A DNA stretch of 63,820 nt, filler included, from Platydemus manokwari (taxonomy: Eukaryota): the NCBI GenBank assembly GCA_037951405.1. It is 5 parts of 5 records of this genome, joined end to end, with 100 filler letters (N's around TTAATTAATTAA, not from the genome) between each part and the next. Parts side by side here need not be neighbours in the genome. Positions count along the whole stretch, not along the records: positions 11,581 to 21,771 come from JBBMOY011159660.1; positions 21,872 to 42,841 come from JBBMOY011478084.1; 3 more parts are not named here. One strand, written 5' to 3'. Within the stretch, counting starts at the first letter, position 1. Every line of letters starts with the position of its first letter. Below the pieces are notes generated by a model. That model saw nothing but the letters and a program-made list of their open reading frames with translations. It did no database searches and was not told the DNA's origin. Both the position numbers and the translations under genes were made by a program. Shown here piece after piece: positions 14,780-27,246 of this stretch.

Positions 14780-15340
14780 GTCAAAATTCACTATCAAATG
14801 CCTTGAAACAAGTTCATCAATGGTAAACATACTGTCAGGTAACACACACTACCCAATAATCAATGACAAGCCCTAATATTAGCATTAGTTGATTGGATTG
14901 TGGTTTTCAATTGGTGCTCATCCACAGAAAGCTGGAAACATGAAAATATGTTGATGTCATAAAAGATTAAAGGAAATCTGCCAATGAAATACTTGGCCAA
15001 ATAATTAGATTGTTTCAATAAATAAATCATCGAAATATGTGTGTTATTTATTGTTCAAATGGTCGGGCTTTTATATTTTACATAACTATATTCTAAAATC
15101 GATAATCTAAATGTACTGGAAGTTTTCCAAAGCTCTTGTGATATTTGCTAGATAACTAATTCATTTCGTTTGTAAATTGAAAAATTTGGGTTAAAATAAT
15201 TGATTGGGTTTGTTGAAAATAATTAAAAATATTTGACAGATCTTTGCTGTTTTTGATTTACATTTTACTGATATGTGATATTTTATAGAAAATCTTGCAC
15301 CTCGTTAATTAACGATGTAAGAAATAAGTCATTTTATACG
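14780..15340 (-). mobile_element. Penelope-like RT remnant
   Basis: Minus strand reads HTYFDDLFI (about 15018-15044; YxDD motif), preceded by SYLANI. Many stops. Confidence 0.5.
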
Positions 15341-16929
15341 GAATGATTTATTTAACAGAACTATGATGTTATATGCATAATCTTATTACTGATGATGCAA
15401 TGACGTCTTGGGAGGTTCATTGGATTGTAGCCACTGACAATTGCAAAATCACTAATCAACATCAATCAAACAACATATACACATCATACATACCACATTC
15501 ACATTTCCATTTACGAGTCTCCCTTACAAACGAACTCACCTCTTTCATAGAAAGTTTTTTCATATAATCCAATAGATGAGTCCCACTTCTTTACATGTTT
15601 TTAACATTGGAATAATTCTTTTTATTCATACCAATAATCATAACAGATTTATATGTAGAAACTCAAAACAATTTACACAAATAATAAGCAATTGATTTCT
15701 TGGTTTCATTTTCTTTTTATAACAATTATGACTCATTTTTTGGTTGGCTCTTTTTGGACCTATGTTCTTCATTCTCCACAGTTGATGGATTTTCTGAAGA
15801 TCCGACATATCATCTATGCATTAGACCTGAAATGACATTTTTGAGATGAATCGTAGACAATATGTACATATGAGAAATCTGGTAATGATTTCGTTTTGTG
15901 CTTCAAATGTTTCAGTGATAAAAATCTTAACGTGCTAGTATGATCGATTAGGCTCCAAAAAGTTAAGATTTGGTAAATATTTTAAATTTTCTTTTCATTC
16001 AGTAATGAATTAAGATTTGTTTTGGATCATATTCCGAATACTCTATTAAAAGCTTTTTATTTCACACTTTAAATCTATATTAATGACGAAATTATTGTCT
16101 CCTCCTATAATTAAGTTGGCAATAATCACATATCCCGTTACAATGTATTATGATTAATATTAGATTGTTATAAAAGTTTTTGTCCAAAATTTAGTCGAAT
16201 TTAACACCATCGACCAGATTTCGGACTTGTTAATAATTAAAAATATCCAATGAACATGTATTGAAATAAGCAATCGCAAAAAGTCAATATCGATTAAACT
16301 TATCGTTAAGTGTAACCTATCCAGTTAGATTGTTTCCTTTTCGATGTTTCTCAATTAACTTATTTTGATCTTCTCTGTATAGATAAATATCAACCTATTA
16401 TAAATGAAAGTTTGTTACGCGAATAACTGTGAAATGTTTAATATAATTAAAATGTTGTGACAAAAAATATCTAATATTAAATCATGATTTTAGCCGGGAT
16501 CTTACCAGTGCATAAAAATAAAATTAATCGTAATAAATTATCTCTATAAACGAAAGTTCTAATGAATTATTTTTAGTTTATCGGTACCCGAAAATTTTTC
16601 TAGATTAATAAGAGTTTTTCTTTTAAAATTTAAGGTCATTGATAACAATAAAAGTTGCTGAAATATTTATTATGATTAAAAATTTTATGATTAAAAACAT
16701 TATTCCGGTGGCTTATTACATCTCAAAAATAAATACAATCAAGACATTACAAACCAATAAGTAATTCAAACATATTTTTAAAATGATAAATTGTGTCTGA
16801 GCAGTAACGAAAGAAGATTTTTCATTACGATTTATGTCTTTGTATTGAATAAGTTATTGCAATAATAATTACAATAAATGAAATTATAAAAAAATTATGA
16901 ATAATGCCAATATTGTTAGTATAGTATTG

Positions 16930-17900
16930 GATTTTCCTAATTACAATATGCTGACTGAGCCCTGACTGAGCTTGTGAAGCCTGGAGTAGATATTTAATCA
17001 CTATGTGTTCTAATCTGGTGTTGAAAATCTCCACTAAAACTTTGGAAAATGTGTGTGTCGGATGCATTACAGTACATGTGTATTGTTTTGTGTCAGCTAT
17101 ATATTAAAATAAAAAAATTAACTACTATCTGTTTTCTTTGGAATCTTTTGAGAAAAATCTCTATAGTTTTAGGCCTTGACAGATATTATATCAGATACGA
17201 GAGGTAAGAAATATAATCAAATATAATTAAATTATAATCTTTTAAATTAACCAGCAAATAGTTGCAGATTTGGTGATCAAGGTATGATTATGATTTCTTA
17301 GAATGAAACTTTTTTCATGAGAATTCAAAGCAATCATCATTGAAATAAGATAGTGAACAAAGAGATGGATTCAAACAATTTGGTTCTTAAGAAATAAATT
17401 TTTAATGTATTCAAAAAAATTGTAAAAGTGTATTTAAAATTATTGCTGGGAATAAGTCTTGTTTGAGAAAATTTTATATTATTTTTGAAATTATTTTAAC
17501 TTAATAAATATTTATACGATCTTTCTACTGAAATTATGAGTCGAATCTCGTAGAAGCGTTGATTCTCTAAAGTTATTCATTTTGGCCAATAGAAAAAAGT
17601 AATATAAAATAAAATTATTCTTGACAAAGTTATTCTCCATTGTATTTCAGATTTGCAATCTTTATTGAGAATCAATTTGAAGATAGATGGCAGCTTGTGA
17701 TCCATAAATCGACAAATTAGTATTTGACAGGGCCTATAATTCTAGTTAACACTGCTTGTAGATCAGAATTCATAGATTAGATTCCTATAGTTCCAGTTCA
17801 GAATAGTGACTAAAATTCTCAGTCAAAATATCAAAATTCCCACATGGAAACGTCTTTATTAAAAGTGCATGATTCAATCGGTTTAAATTCGAAATGTTTC
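16930..17900 (+). mobile_element. Highly decayed LINE (APE-type) RT remnant
   Basis: Degenerate IFN..SG segment and downstream W.L..N.K-like pieces, heavily disrupted. Confidence 0.3.
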
Positions 17901-19781
17901 ACTGAAACAAATCATTTAGATAATTATGAATTTTTAATTTTAATAATAATTTTAACTAAACTTGATTTAGTTTATTTATCTGTCACAGATTAAGCGTCGT
18001 AATGTTTAATCGAAATAGCACAATAATGGACATGTGGTAATGATGAAATATAAAACAATACAGATTCATAATTATAAATTCGAGTTTATAATCCATTTTA
18101 AACCCATTGTAAATTAATAATTGATTTATTGTTTTTGAATTTATATTTGTTAATGTTTTTAAGGTAAATAAAAAACTAAATAAAAGATATTTTGATTTTA
18201 ATGTGTAGGCAACATATTATTTAAGACAGATATCAATCATAATTCGATTGTTTACACCATATTGATATTACAAGTCGTTGACTTTCTATAATATTCGACA
18301 TATCAACATCGAAACAAATCTGTCCAGTTTTTGTAATACCAAAATAGATTTCGCTTGATTTCACTTTCAAGTGTGTCTAGATAGACTATTATCAATTAGA
18401 GTTGATGAGTGACTCAAGTTGTTTATGATGATAATATTTCTTACAATGTGTTATTGGGCCAAGTCAAACATATTCAATATCAGCGTTATATTTATATCAA
18501 ACGAAAATTTTTAATATTAAATTTTGTAACCTCACTCTTTGGAATGGTGCTAAAAATAAAATATAAATTAGTTCGAAATGTTTAATCAAAGCTCAGACTC
18601 CTTTGGGTGTGAAACCGTCAGCAGAATCATTTAATTTTGATACAAAACTATCGCAACTAATCATATTGATATCCCCACTTCAACATTGGCCGTTGTAAGG
18701 GACATACAATTATGAAACCAACACACAATCACAACGAAATGTTTACTGCTACCTGGTAATTGTTAATGGCTAAAATGACCTTGAGTTCGAGTCAACAGTT
18801 GAGAGAATTATGGAATATTGAATTTATCTTAGATGCCTTTATTAATTGGAAAATCATTAATCGGTAAAATCCTTACAACCGCTGTGAACTTCGGACTTTA
18901 ATTATGATATACAGTTCCGCACCATACTATGTTACTTCGTTGGGTACAAGTTTTGAATATTATATTGTCCATGTGAAAATGTCATTTCTTTAGTTATTTA
19001 AATTGAAGCTATTTTGTAAAGCTGATTAGCTGCTTTGGGAAAAAGATTTTATCTCACTTGTTTCACAATTACGATGCACGTTTTTTCTCGGAAATGTAGT
19101 ATGTATAGCGACTATCTTTATTCTAGCAAAACTGGTCAACCTAATCGATCATTTGTTCAAAGAAAGTCATTGTTATGCTTTTTCACTACTTTCTAATTAC
19201 TTACAAAACCATACAAATGTGTGATTAGAGTATTTCAGAAAAGGCTAAATTGTGGTCCTTGAATAACAAGCAATTTGTGCAACTCACCGTTGATTATCGT
19301 AAAAGTGAAATTTATCGAACTAATACACTTCAGTAGATTCCAAGCTCTCAATGAGAGAATATGTTGACTTGAAATCGATTAATCTGTAAGAAATTTTTGT
19401 AAGGCGAGCTTTATATTGTGTGATGTCGTGGGTTGGTTGAAACTGAAAAAACACACTTAGTAAGTAATCAATCCTCATAAATGAAATTTGAAAGACAGAT
19501 AAAAAATCATGTGTAGTCAGTGGCCTTTTTGCATTTTGTTATCGGACTAAGTGAATTTTAATAGTATATTTTATTGTCTCATAAATCTTAGTTTTCTTCC
19601 GAAATTTGTTCATTTATAGTGATTCATTAAATGAGATGACTTTTCTTAGTTATTATAACTGCATAATATCTAAAAAATGTTACCATTTTGACCTCTAGAA
19701 TTCAAGTAATTGTCAGAACCATATATTATTGTGTGATCTACATCAGCGGTGACTAAACTTTCAATACTGAATGGCCTTTGT

Positions 19782-19925
19782 TGGAGATAACCAATGACAT
19801 TCATAAAATCTAAAATATAATTGAAAAAAACCAATAAAAATCAAAATATAAAACTATAAATTATAAAATGTCCAAATTTTAGAACCAAATGAATTAATGG
19901 AGATAACCAATGACATTCATAAAAT
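19782..19925. repeat. 28-bp direct repeat
   Basis: TGGAGATAACCAATGACATTCATAAAAT at 19782-19809 and 19898-19925. Confidence 0.9.
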
Positions 19926-20879
19926 TTATAATATAACTGATGAAAATCATAAAATTTCTCTCTTAGAAAAGGTTTCTATCTAATTGAACGAAATACTGTA
20001 CTTCTTCATTATTATTATATTAATTTTATAATGGGATTAGAATAGTAGGGATAAACGGTCGTTAGACATCTCTTATTCTTGTTAATTTTCAGACATAGTT
20101 AGGCAAAATTCTTATCGATATTTGAATTTTTTAGAAGTTCATTTAATCCTTTTAAGAATTCAAGTTTTATGATTCTTGTGCAATAATTTCTTGATTTATT
20201 AAGCATCTCTACTTACTTTCAATGGTTCTTTATCAACTAATATTTTCACATTGACTTTTGTGCAGTAGTATGTAAGGATTATTTTCTAATTTGGTAGAGA
20301 CACTATATGGTGATGTGAGTTTGCTGATAAGATTACAAACAAAATCATAAAAATTGTAATTCTCTAAAACATGTTACAGAACAAATAGTAGGAATTTATT
20401 GAAAATTTTGAAAATTATTGTAACATAGTTCCTAAACATTTCGATACTCAAAATATGAGTACCTTGTATAATTATGTTAATATATTTCCGATTTTTCATT
20501 CGTTCTTTATTTTTCTTTTTCCATTTTCAATGAGTCTACTTTGATGGAATTTCATTACTACTAAATGTTAGCCTCATAATAATTTTTTTAATGTCTTAGC
20601 ATCTTATAGAACTATTTTTTGGTTTTTCTGGATTTACAAACATATTTCGTCAGAATTTTTCAACTTGTGGTACAATCACCGACTCTTCTTTTTCATTCCA
20701 ATATTTTCAGAAACCAAAAAAATAAATAAATAAATTTAAGTCTTACACTAGGATACCTAATTTGGTATGAGTCACAGAATAGTTTTTTGCGAAGAAAGTA
20801 ACTTGGCTGTGCACAAAGGTATTGAATGCATGCAACTTCTCAGTCAAGTGTCGCAGATTGATTGATATCCCCTCGACTG

Positions 20880-21440
20880 AGTTGTGCAGCTTCTACCTGT
20901 AGATACCTATCTGAGGAACGACTGTTTTGTAAATTTTCACTGTGTGTTGTGTCGTTGTCAGTGCTTTGTCATTCTAAAGTCCACACTTTGCTGATTTGAA
21001 CTTGAACCCCAGTTGTTTTGCTAGTGTACATGCTTTATTGATAAATTATTGAGTACCTATTGTGTTAATTGCAACTATTTCTATGTCATCTGCGTATGCT
21101 GGTGGTGTGATTTTGTGTCCTGCTATCAGTTGACCTTTTCATCCATTTTAGGGAGTTTATAGCTGTGTTAAAGAGTAGTGTGGATATTGGACAACCTTAC
21201 TCTACTCCTCTTGTGATGGGTATTTCTTTTGTTATGTATCCCCCACATTTGAATGCTGTGTGCTGTGATAAATTTCATTGCATTCTCAGAAATTCCCATT
21301 TTTTAATGTATGGAGCTTCTATGTTTATTGAAAGGAATGCTTCTTCTATGTCTAGGAATGTGATGTAGATTGGACTTTTTCTTATTGTGGTACCTCTCGA
21401 GTGGTAAGTCTTAGGAGAAAATTGTGTTCTGCACAAAGTA
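20880..21440 (-). mobile_element. Non-LTR retrotransposon RT pseudogene (probably RLE clade)
   Basis: Minus-strand motifs in the correct order: YITFLDIEEAFLSI, IPITRGVE*GCPISTLLFN, GHKITPPAYADDIEIVA, LGFKFKSAKCG. Confidence 0.88.
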
Positions 21441-21703
21441 AGCCCAAGACTTTTCTGAAGTGGTGTAGAAGTTTATTTTAATCTATTCATTGTATTAGTT
21501 CCTTGCATGGTAGTATGCCTTGTATGAGCAATTTAGCAAAGCTATTGGAAATAAAAAACTTTTTTTTAATCAATGAAGATAATTTTGAAATTTTTGGAAT
21601 CGACAATTTGGCACAAATTAATTTGGAATTTCTTGTAGTCTAATATTGATTATTTATCAATCTACGGATTAAATCTTAAAACCTATAACACTTAAAATAT
21701 ATA

Positions 21704-21771
21704 TTAGGCTGAGTCAAAAGTTATTCATGTTTTTTAGTTGTTTAAAGTTTTTGTTTTACCAAATCATTTAA
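21704..21771 (+). mobile_element. mariner-like terminal inverted repeat at contig end
   Basis: TA|TTAGGCTGAGTCAAAAGTTATT resembles mariner TIRs of the TTAGGTTGGTGCAAAAGTAATT type. Confidence 0.55.
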
Positions 21772-21871
21772 NNNNNNNNNNNNNNNNNNNNNNNNNNNNN
21801 NNNNNNNNNNNNNNNTTAATTAATTAANNNNNNNNNNNNNNNNNNNNNNNNNNNNNNNNNNNNNNNNNNNN
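21772..21871. other. Assembly gap with six-frame-stop linker
   Basis: 100 bp of N with TTAATTAATTAA. Confidence 0.98.
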
Positions 21872-22020
21872 GATATTAAAACTTTTTGAAAATAACAGGA
21901 TAATTAATAAAAAATATTTTGGCTAATTTGAGTTTTTTGTAAACCTATTATAGTTTTGGCCCTCCAAATTTTAAAGAATCAGCAATGTGGCCCTTTGTTG
22001 AAAAATTTTGGAGACCCCTG
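21872..22020. mobile_element. hAT (Charlie/Buster-like) element end
   Basis: Subterminal TGGCCC motifs and terminal TTTGGAGACCCCTG (reverse complement CAGGGGTCTCCAAA), followed by ATTTAG. Confidence 0.7.
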
Positions 22021-22199
22021 ATTTAGTTGATTAAACTTATACTTCATGATAAATTTTTTTTGGACGATTTATCCTTTTCGAGAATTCATAACTCGAATTT
22101 AAAATAACAAATAGTTCGCATTTAAGATATTGATACAATATTTATTAAAATATCGTCCAACCAAATCATCTCATTTTGGTTTATCGCGAAATTATAGTC

Positions 22200-23220
22200 T
22201 ACATTTCACATCCATCTTATTATTTTTTCGCTATATCTTTATGATTATTTCACTGATTATAATTTCTTCTTCATCTAGTGATAGGTTATGACTGTCGTAG
22301 ATATTTGCAATACTGGGGCAGAATCCCAGGATTGACATCTTCGGTTTTCCAACTGGCTTCTTAGTTTCTTGTTTAGTGTTCTCTGTTTCTCGTTGTATAG
22401 TTATCGTTCGTTTCAGTAATCATTTCGTTAGCAATTACTACAATCTGTTCTGTGTTGATTTTGAATATTTCATCTGTGAGTTTATTTCTTCCCAATGTAG
22501 TATTTCTTGTTTGTCAACATCCCACACAATAATTGTACCATCTTTCTTGTCATGTTCACTATAGATTAATATTTCTATTTCTCTGGAGCAATATGACTGT
22601 TCGGTGCCCACTCTTTTCATTTTACTTTGATGATAGTCCTGTAAAGTAATTTTCATCTTTAGAAGTCCTCCTGGTTGTACTGGTTTGATTCACTTTTCTT
22701 CAATCCTTTTGTTTAATGATTTCATGACCTTGACATTCTCTAGAGCAGAATGAGCTCCTTCTGAATGTCCAGGTTGGTAATTTGTTTTGCTAAAATTTGT
22801 AATTTGTAGTATTGCCAGTTGTCTATGGCCAAATTCATTGATGGGAGCTTATGGCTAGACATGTAAATTTCATTTGTAGATCGTGTCCTACCAATATTTT
22901 CCCCTTCAGTAATAGTACACATCTGTGACAATCTTATACTCATCTTGACAATTTCTCATGTTATTCACTAGAATTCCATGATATTTTCCTTTTGTCGTCT
23001 TGGTCATATTCTGGTATCCATTAAAATCTTCTCATCGTAATTTATTGACGCCAATATTAATGGCGATCTGTAATTATTTACATTACTGGCTGTAAGTTTT
23101 GCATCGAATGACACCAGCCTCCCATTGGTTTTATTTAGACTCAATTTTGTCATCACAAATTGTTTCATGTTCTTCATATCTTCGGCCTTTGGATTATACT
23201 TCATATTAGGAGTTTATTTT
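22200..23220 (-). mobile_element. Disrupted intronless ORF remnant, probably retroelement gag/protease-like
   Basis: Three consecutive collinear minus-strand ORFs broken by stops and frameshifts. No diagnostic motif identified. Confidence 0.3.
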
Positions 23221-26200
23221 ATTTTATAACATTTATTTTTAATATCATCAGTTCGACACAGAGATGATAAACAATTAAACAAGGGCAAACTTTTTAACCT
23301 CAAACTTGATATTATCAAATGAACTATTTTTACCTTACAGATAAGGTGAAAACAGGACAAAAGATTTAATGAATATATACTCAAATATATTGAACACTTC
23401 CCTCTATTTTAATAGTTAACAAAAGTACTATCTAGACTTTATATATAATATATAATTTATACAGTTGTTGTTACTAGTATAAATATTGATAGGGTTTGCG
23501 TTAGTAATTTCTCAACGAAAATACCTCCAAATTTCTGTTAATTATTCTGTAGATAGAGCAGTTTTCTAGAAGTTAACTGTTTTTTCACAGTGTAGATTTT
23601 TCCTTGATTTCGCATGTGAGCAAAATGTTATGCTTAGTCATTACTAAATGTATGTGAATAATTTTATTCTCTTGTTTTTTATCAATATTATAAAATGATT
23701 CATTTTGTTCATGGTCCATTATTTTATTTTTCTTGATATTTTAACGATTTATATTTAATCGAGTTGATTTTTAATTTTTGTTGATCCTCTCATGGATTTA
23801 TAAAAATGATTTTCATTTAACCAATTTCCTATTGTAATAATTATAATTATTTCTTTATTTATAAAACTATATAGCTATATAACTGTAATCACCTTTAATT
23901 CTTTAAATATCTAAAAGAAAAAATATCTATAATATTTTTTAAAAATTAATATGAAACAATTGTCATTAATCATACAAATGTATAAAATTCACATTGAAAG
24001 AGGTATACAGTGAGATTGTTAATTTAAATTTAAAGAAATAAAAGAACATCATATCAGTCATTTGTTTATTATGTCCAGCTCAAACTTATAAAAAATACAT
24101 TTCAAAGTCATACGTCAAATTATTTATACAATTTGAATCATTCATCTAAGTCGAGTTTCTCCACTTCATCGACTTGATTCATAAGATCTTCATTCGATCT
24201 TTCACTGATTTTCCAAAACTGAATTATCTGGTAGGTAGTTAGCATTCTATTAGAAGGTGAATTCGAAATATGACAAAAGTAGCTTAACAGAAAATGGAAA
24301 ATATTAATAAAAATATGATAGTTTTCATAAAAATATTAACTTAAATACAGACAACTCGTTAGATATAGGCACGCAAAAATCTTCGTTTATAAACAAGGAG
24401 TTCAACTGTAAAGAATTGTAATAATCTTTGAAAGTTGCAATTTATTTAAGTTGGTTCATCGAGAATCTCGGGCGAAAGATATGCATAAAATGGCGGAAAT
24501 CTCACAACTTCTTTCCAGATTTGTTCTGTTGGAATTTTGAATCAGATTTTTTTCTACAGTCAAAATTTTCAATATACTATGAAAAAAAATTAAGCCGTAT
24601 CCCAAACATAGATTAGGGTTGATTCTGAAAATATTTAGTAATAAATTTGTTTCGAGTATCGAATATAGAATTTTGAGAGACAGGAACCAGTTAATTAGAC
24701 TCATCAACTTATTTAGTAACATTTACGTGTTAATCGAAGAAGTATCGTAAATTATTGGTTTTCAAATCATTGTTAACCAAATTAAAAATAATATAAAACA
24801 CAGGTATTATAAATCAAAGGCTTTGTTATATGTTTTTGCCATTAAGATTGGTAGATTTTTAGATAGGTTGATATTTAGTGATAAAGCGAACTCGAGCTTA
24901 TAATGTATAAAAACCCATCGAGTGTTGATATTCAACTTACTAATAGTAAGACGTATTCAAATCGAGTAAATAATAATTATAATAATTTCAACAACTTCAA
25001 TTATTAAAGATAGCTTCTGTAGATACATAAAGTTTTATCTTTGCTGAACATTTAAATAAATTAAACCGAATTGCTAAATATAGAAAACCAAAATCATTTA
25101 ATGTTAACGGGAAAGGTATGGATGCACTTCAATAAATGTTACCATGTTAAATTGAGAAAACATTAAATAAAGCGAAATTAATGTCAATCAATGAAAATTT
25201 TAATATGTAAGATTCATAGAAGGTTAAAAAGAAAGAGAATTGGCATAGATGATTGGTAAATATGTCGGACTTCATTTTAGTAGACAAGTAGAGAGATAAT
25301 TAGATAAGTAGTTAAATATTTTATTTAAAAATCTTAATACTATAGTAGATAATATACCAGAAATCAAAACATTATTATATACAATTTCAGATTTAAGAGA
25401 GTTGAATATAATTTTGGATGCTTATTGTTGAGCTTGAGTACTACATAAATCAGTATTCAAGAATTGACATTTGTAACCACGATTTGGTTGACTAGTAGCT
25501 GTGTTAATTAATTTCTCGAATCACTTTCTTTATTAATATAACTACTTTAATTATCAACATAATTTTTTGTTTTCCCAAAAATCAACCTTACTCTTGTTTG
25601 TATTCCGAAATATGTTTATATCTCCGATTGACTCAAATCAATTATAAATCACTAATCTAATTACCTCAAATTAATAATTATTCATTGCTTGAATGATTGA
25701 ACGATATTCCGTAATAATAATTATTAGCAATTATCTGTAATAAATAGACTTCCAAGAATCATTTACCAAAGGTTGTAAAAAGCCCATTTAATAATTACTT
25801 TTCAAATAAAGTCAAAACGTCGATTATGTTGACTATTTTGAGACTGAATAATTATCTAAAATTCTCAAGTCAAACGTTTAGTATTTCATTTAATTCGTCA
25901 ATCGGGGATTTTGTAAATTTAAATATATTTAACAATTTCCATCGTACAACAAATAAATTTTAGTGACATGAAAACATTCGAAATTATTATGAAATCACTT
26001 TCTGAATAAGTACTTATAATCATCTTAGTTAAAATGATTTAGGTTGTAATATTCCGAAGGTCAAATTATTGAATAATTCATCAGATTTAATGCACACAAA
26101 TAGTTTAAAACCTTGATTATCTTTTTATATCTATATAGATTTCAAAATTTAAATTCAACATACAATTATTTGTTAAAATTTGTAGTTAAATAAAGTATAA

Positions 26201-27246
26201 TATTATTTAAAGTTGTAAATTGAGAGAGAGATAGACTAAACAAATATAAAAATACCCATCAAAAGATGTTATTATCGCAATGAATTTGAAATTTCAAATG
26301 AATAAATAACATGTACAGCACTAATTGATTTTGTTATTTGCATTTTCTAAAACAATGTTTATTATATTATATTGCAAACCTATCGACAATTTACATGGAA
26401 TAACATTTATAATTATTTCTAAAAACTAATTAAATTTAATGGTATAAAAACTTTGATTTAAAAATTTTAGATGAATATTCATAGTTTTGCTAGTGGTTAA
26501 ACTACTTGATGGTGTAGCTTTAATTAAATGTGGTTATAGAATCAGATTTTTACTTTAATTTAATAGAAAATTTTACAAATAAGTGTTACTATTAACAATG
26601 ATGATTACCAAATATATTTAGGTTATTAAATTAGACTTTTGATCAAGTATTGAATTATTGTATCAATTGGAGATAATATAATTAGTGTTTCAAAATAATA
26701 GATTTAATAAACATTTTGTTATGGAATATAAAACTATTCTGGTGGTGCTTGATGTTTACATGTAAAGGCATTGTAAAATAAATAATGTCATTGCTATTTT
26801 ATTAACAGTTACTAATATACTTTAGTTAAAAAGTTTCTTAGTTATTGTAGTACATGTTATGGTTATAATTTCGGGATTTTTAGAATTCAAAACTCAAAGA
26901 TGAAACATAATTAAATCAAATTTTAAAAATATTAAATATTTATTAATTTTAAACATGATATGTGAATCTATCTTAAATTATCTTTAATTTTATTAGATAA
27001 TATGTTATTAGTAATATAGTTAAAAATAAATTAATGTAAATGTTGTATGTCTATAATGTATTTATTAATTGCCTAGTACATGCTCTAAGTGATTACTAAT
27101 CCTTTTTTTCACGAGAGGAAATTCGCATGACAAAACACACATCATTAATGTAAATCAATACTTGCTGAAAATTCATTGATACTGTGTATGGGCTTATTCC
27201 CTATAAAAGGAAAATATTTTTCAAAATTAAAATTGAAAATTATAAG

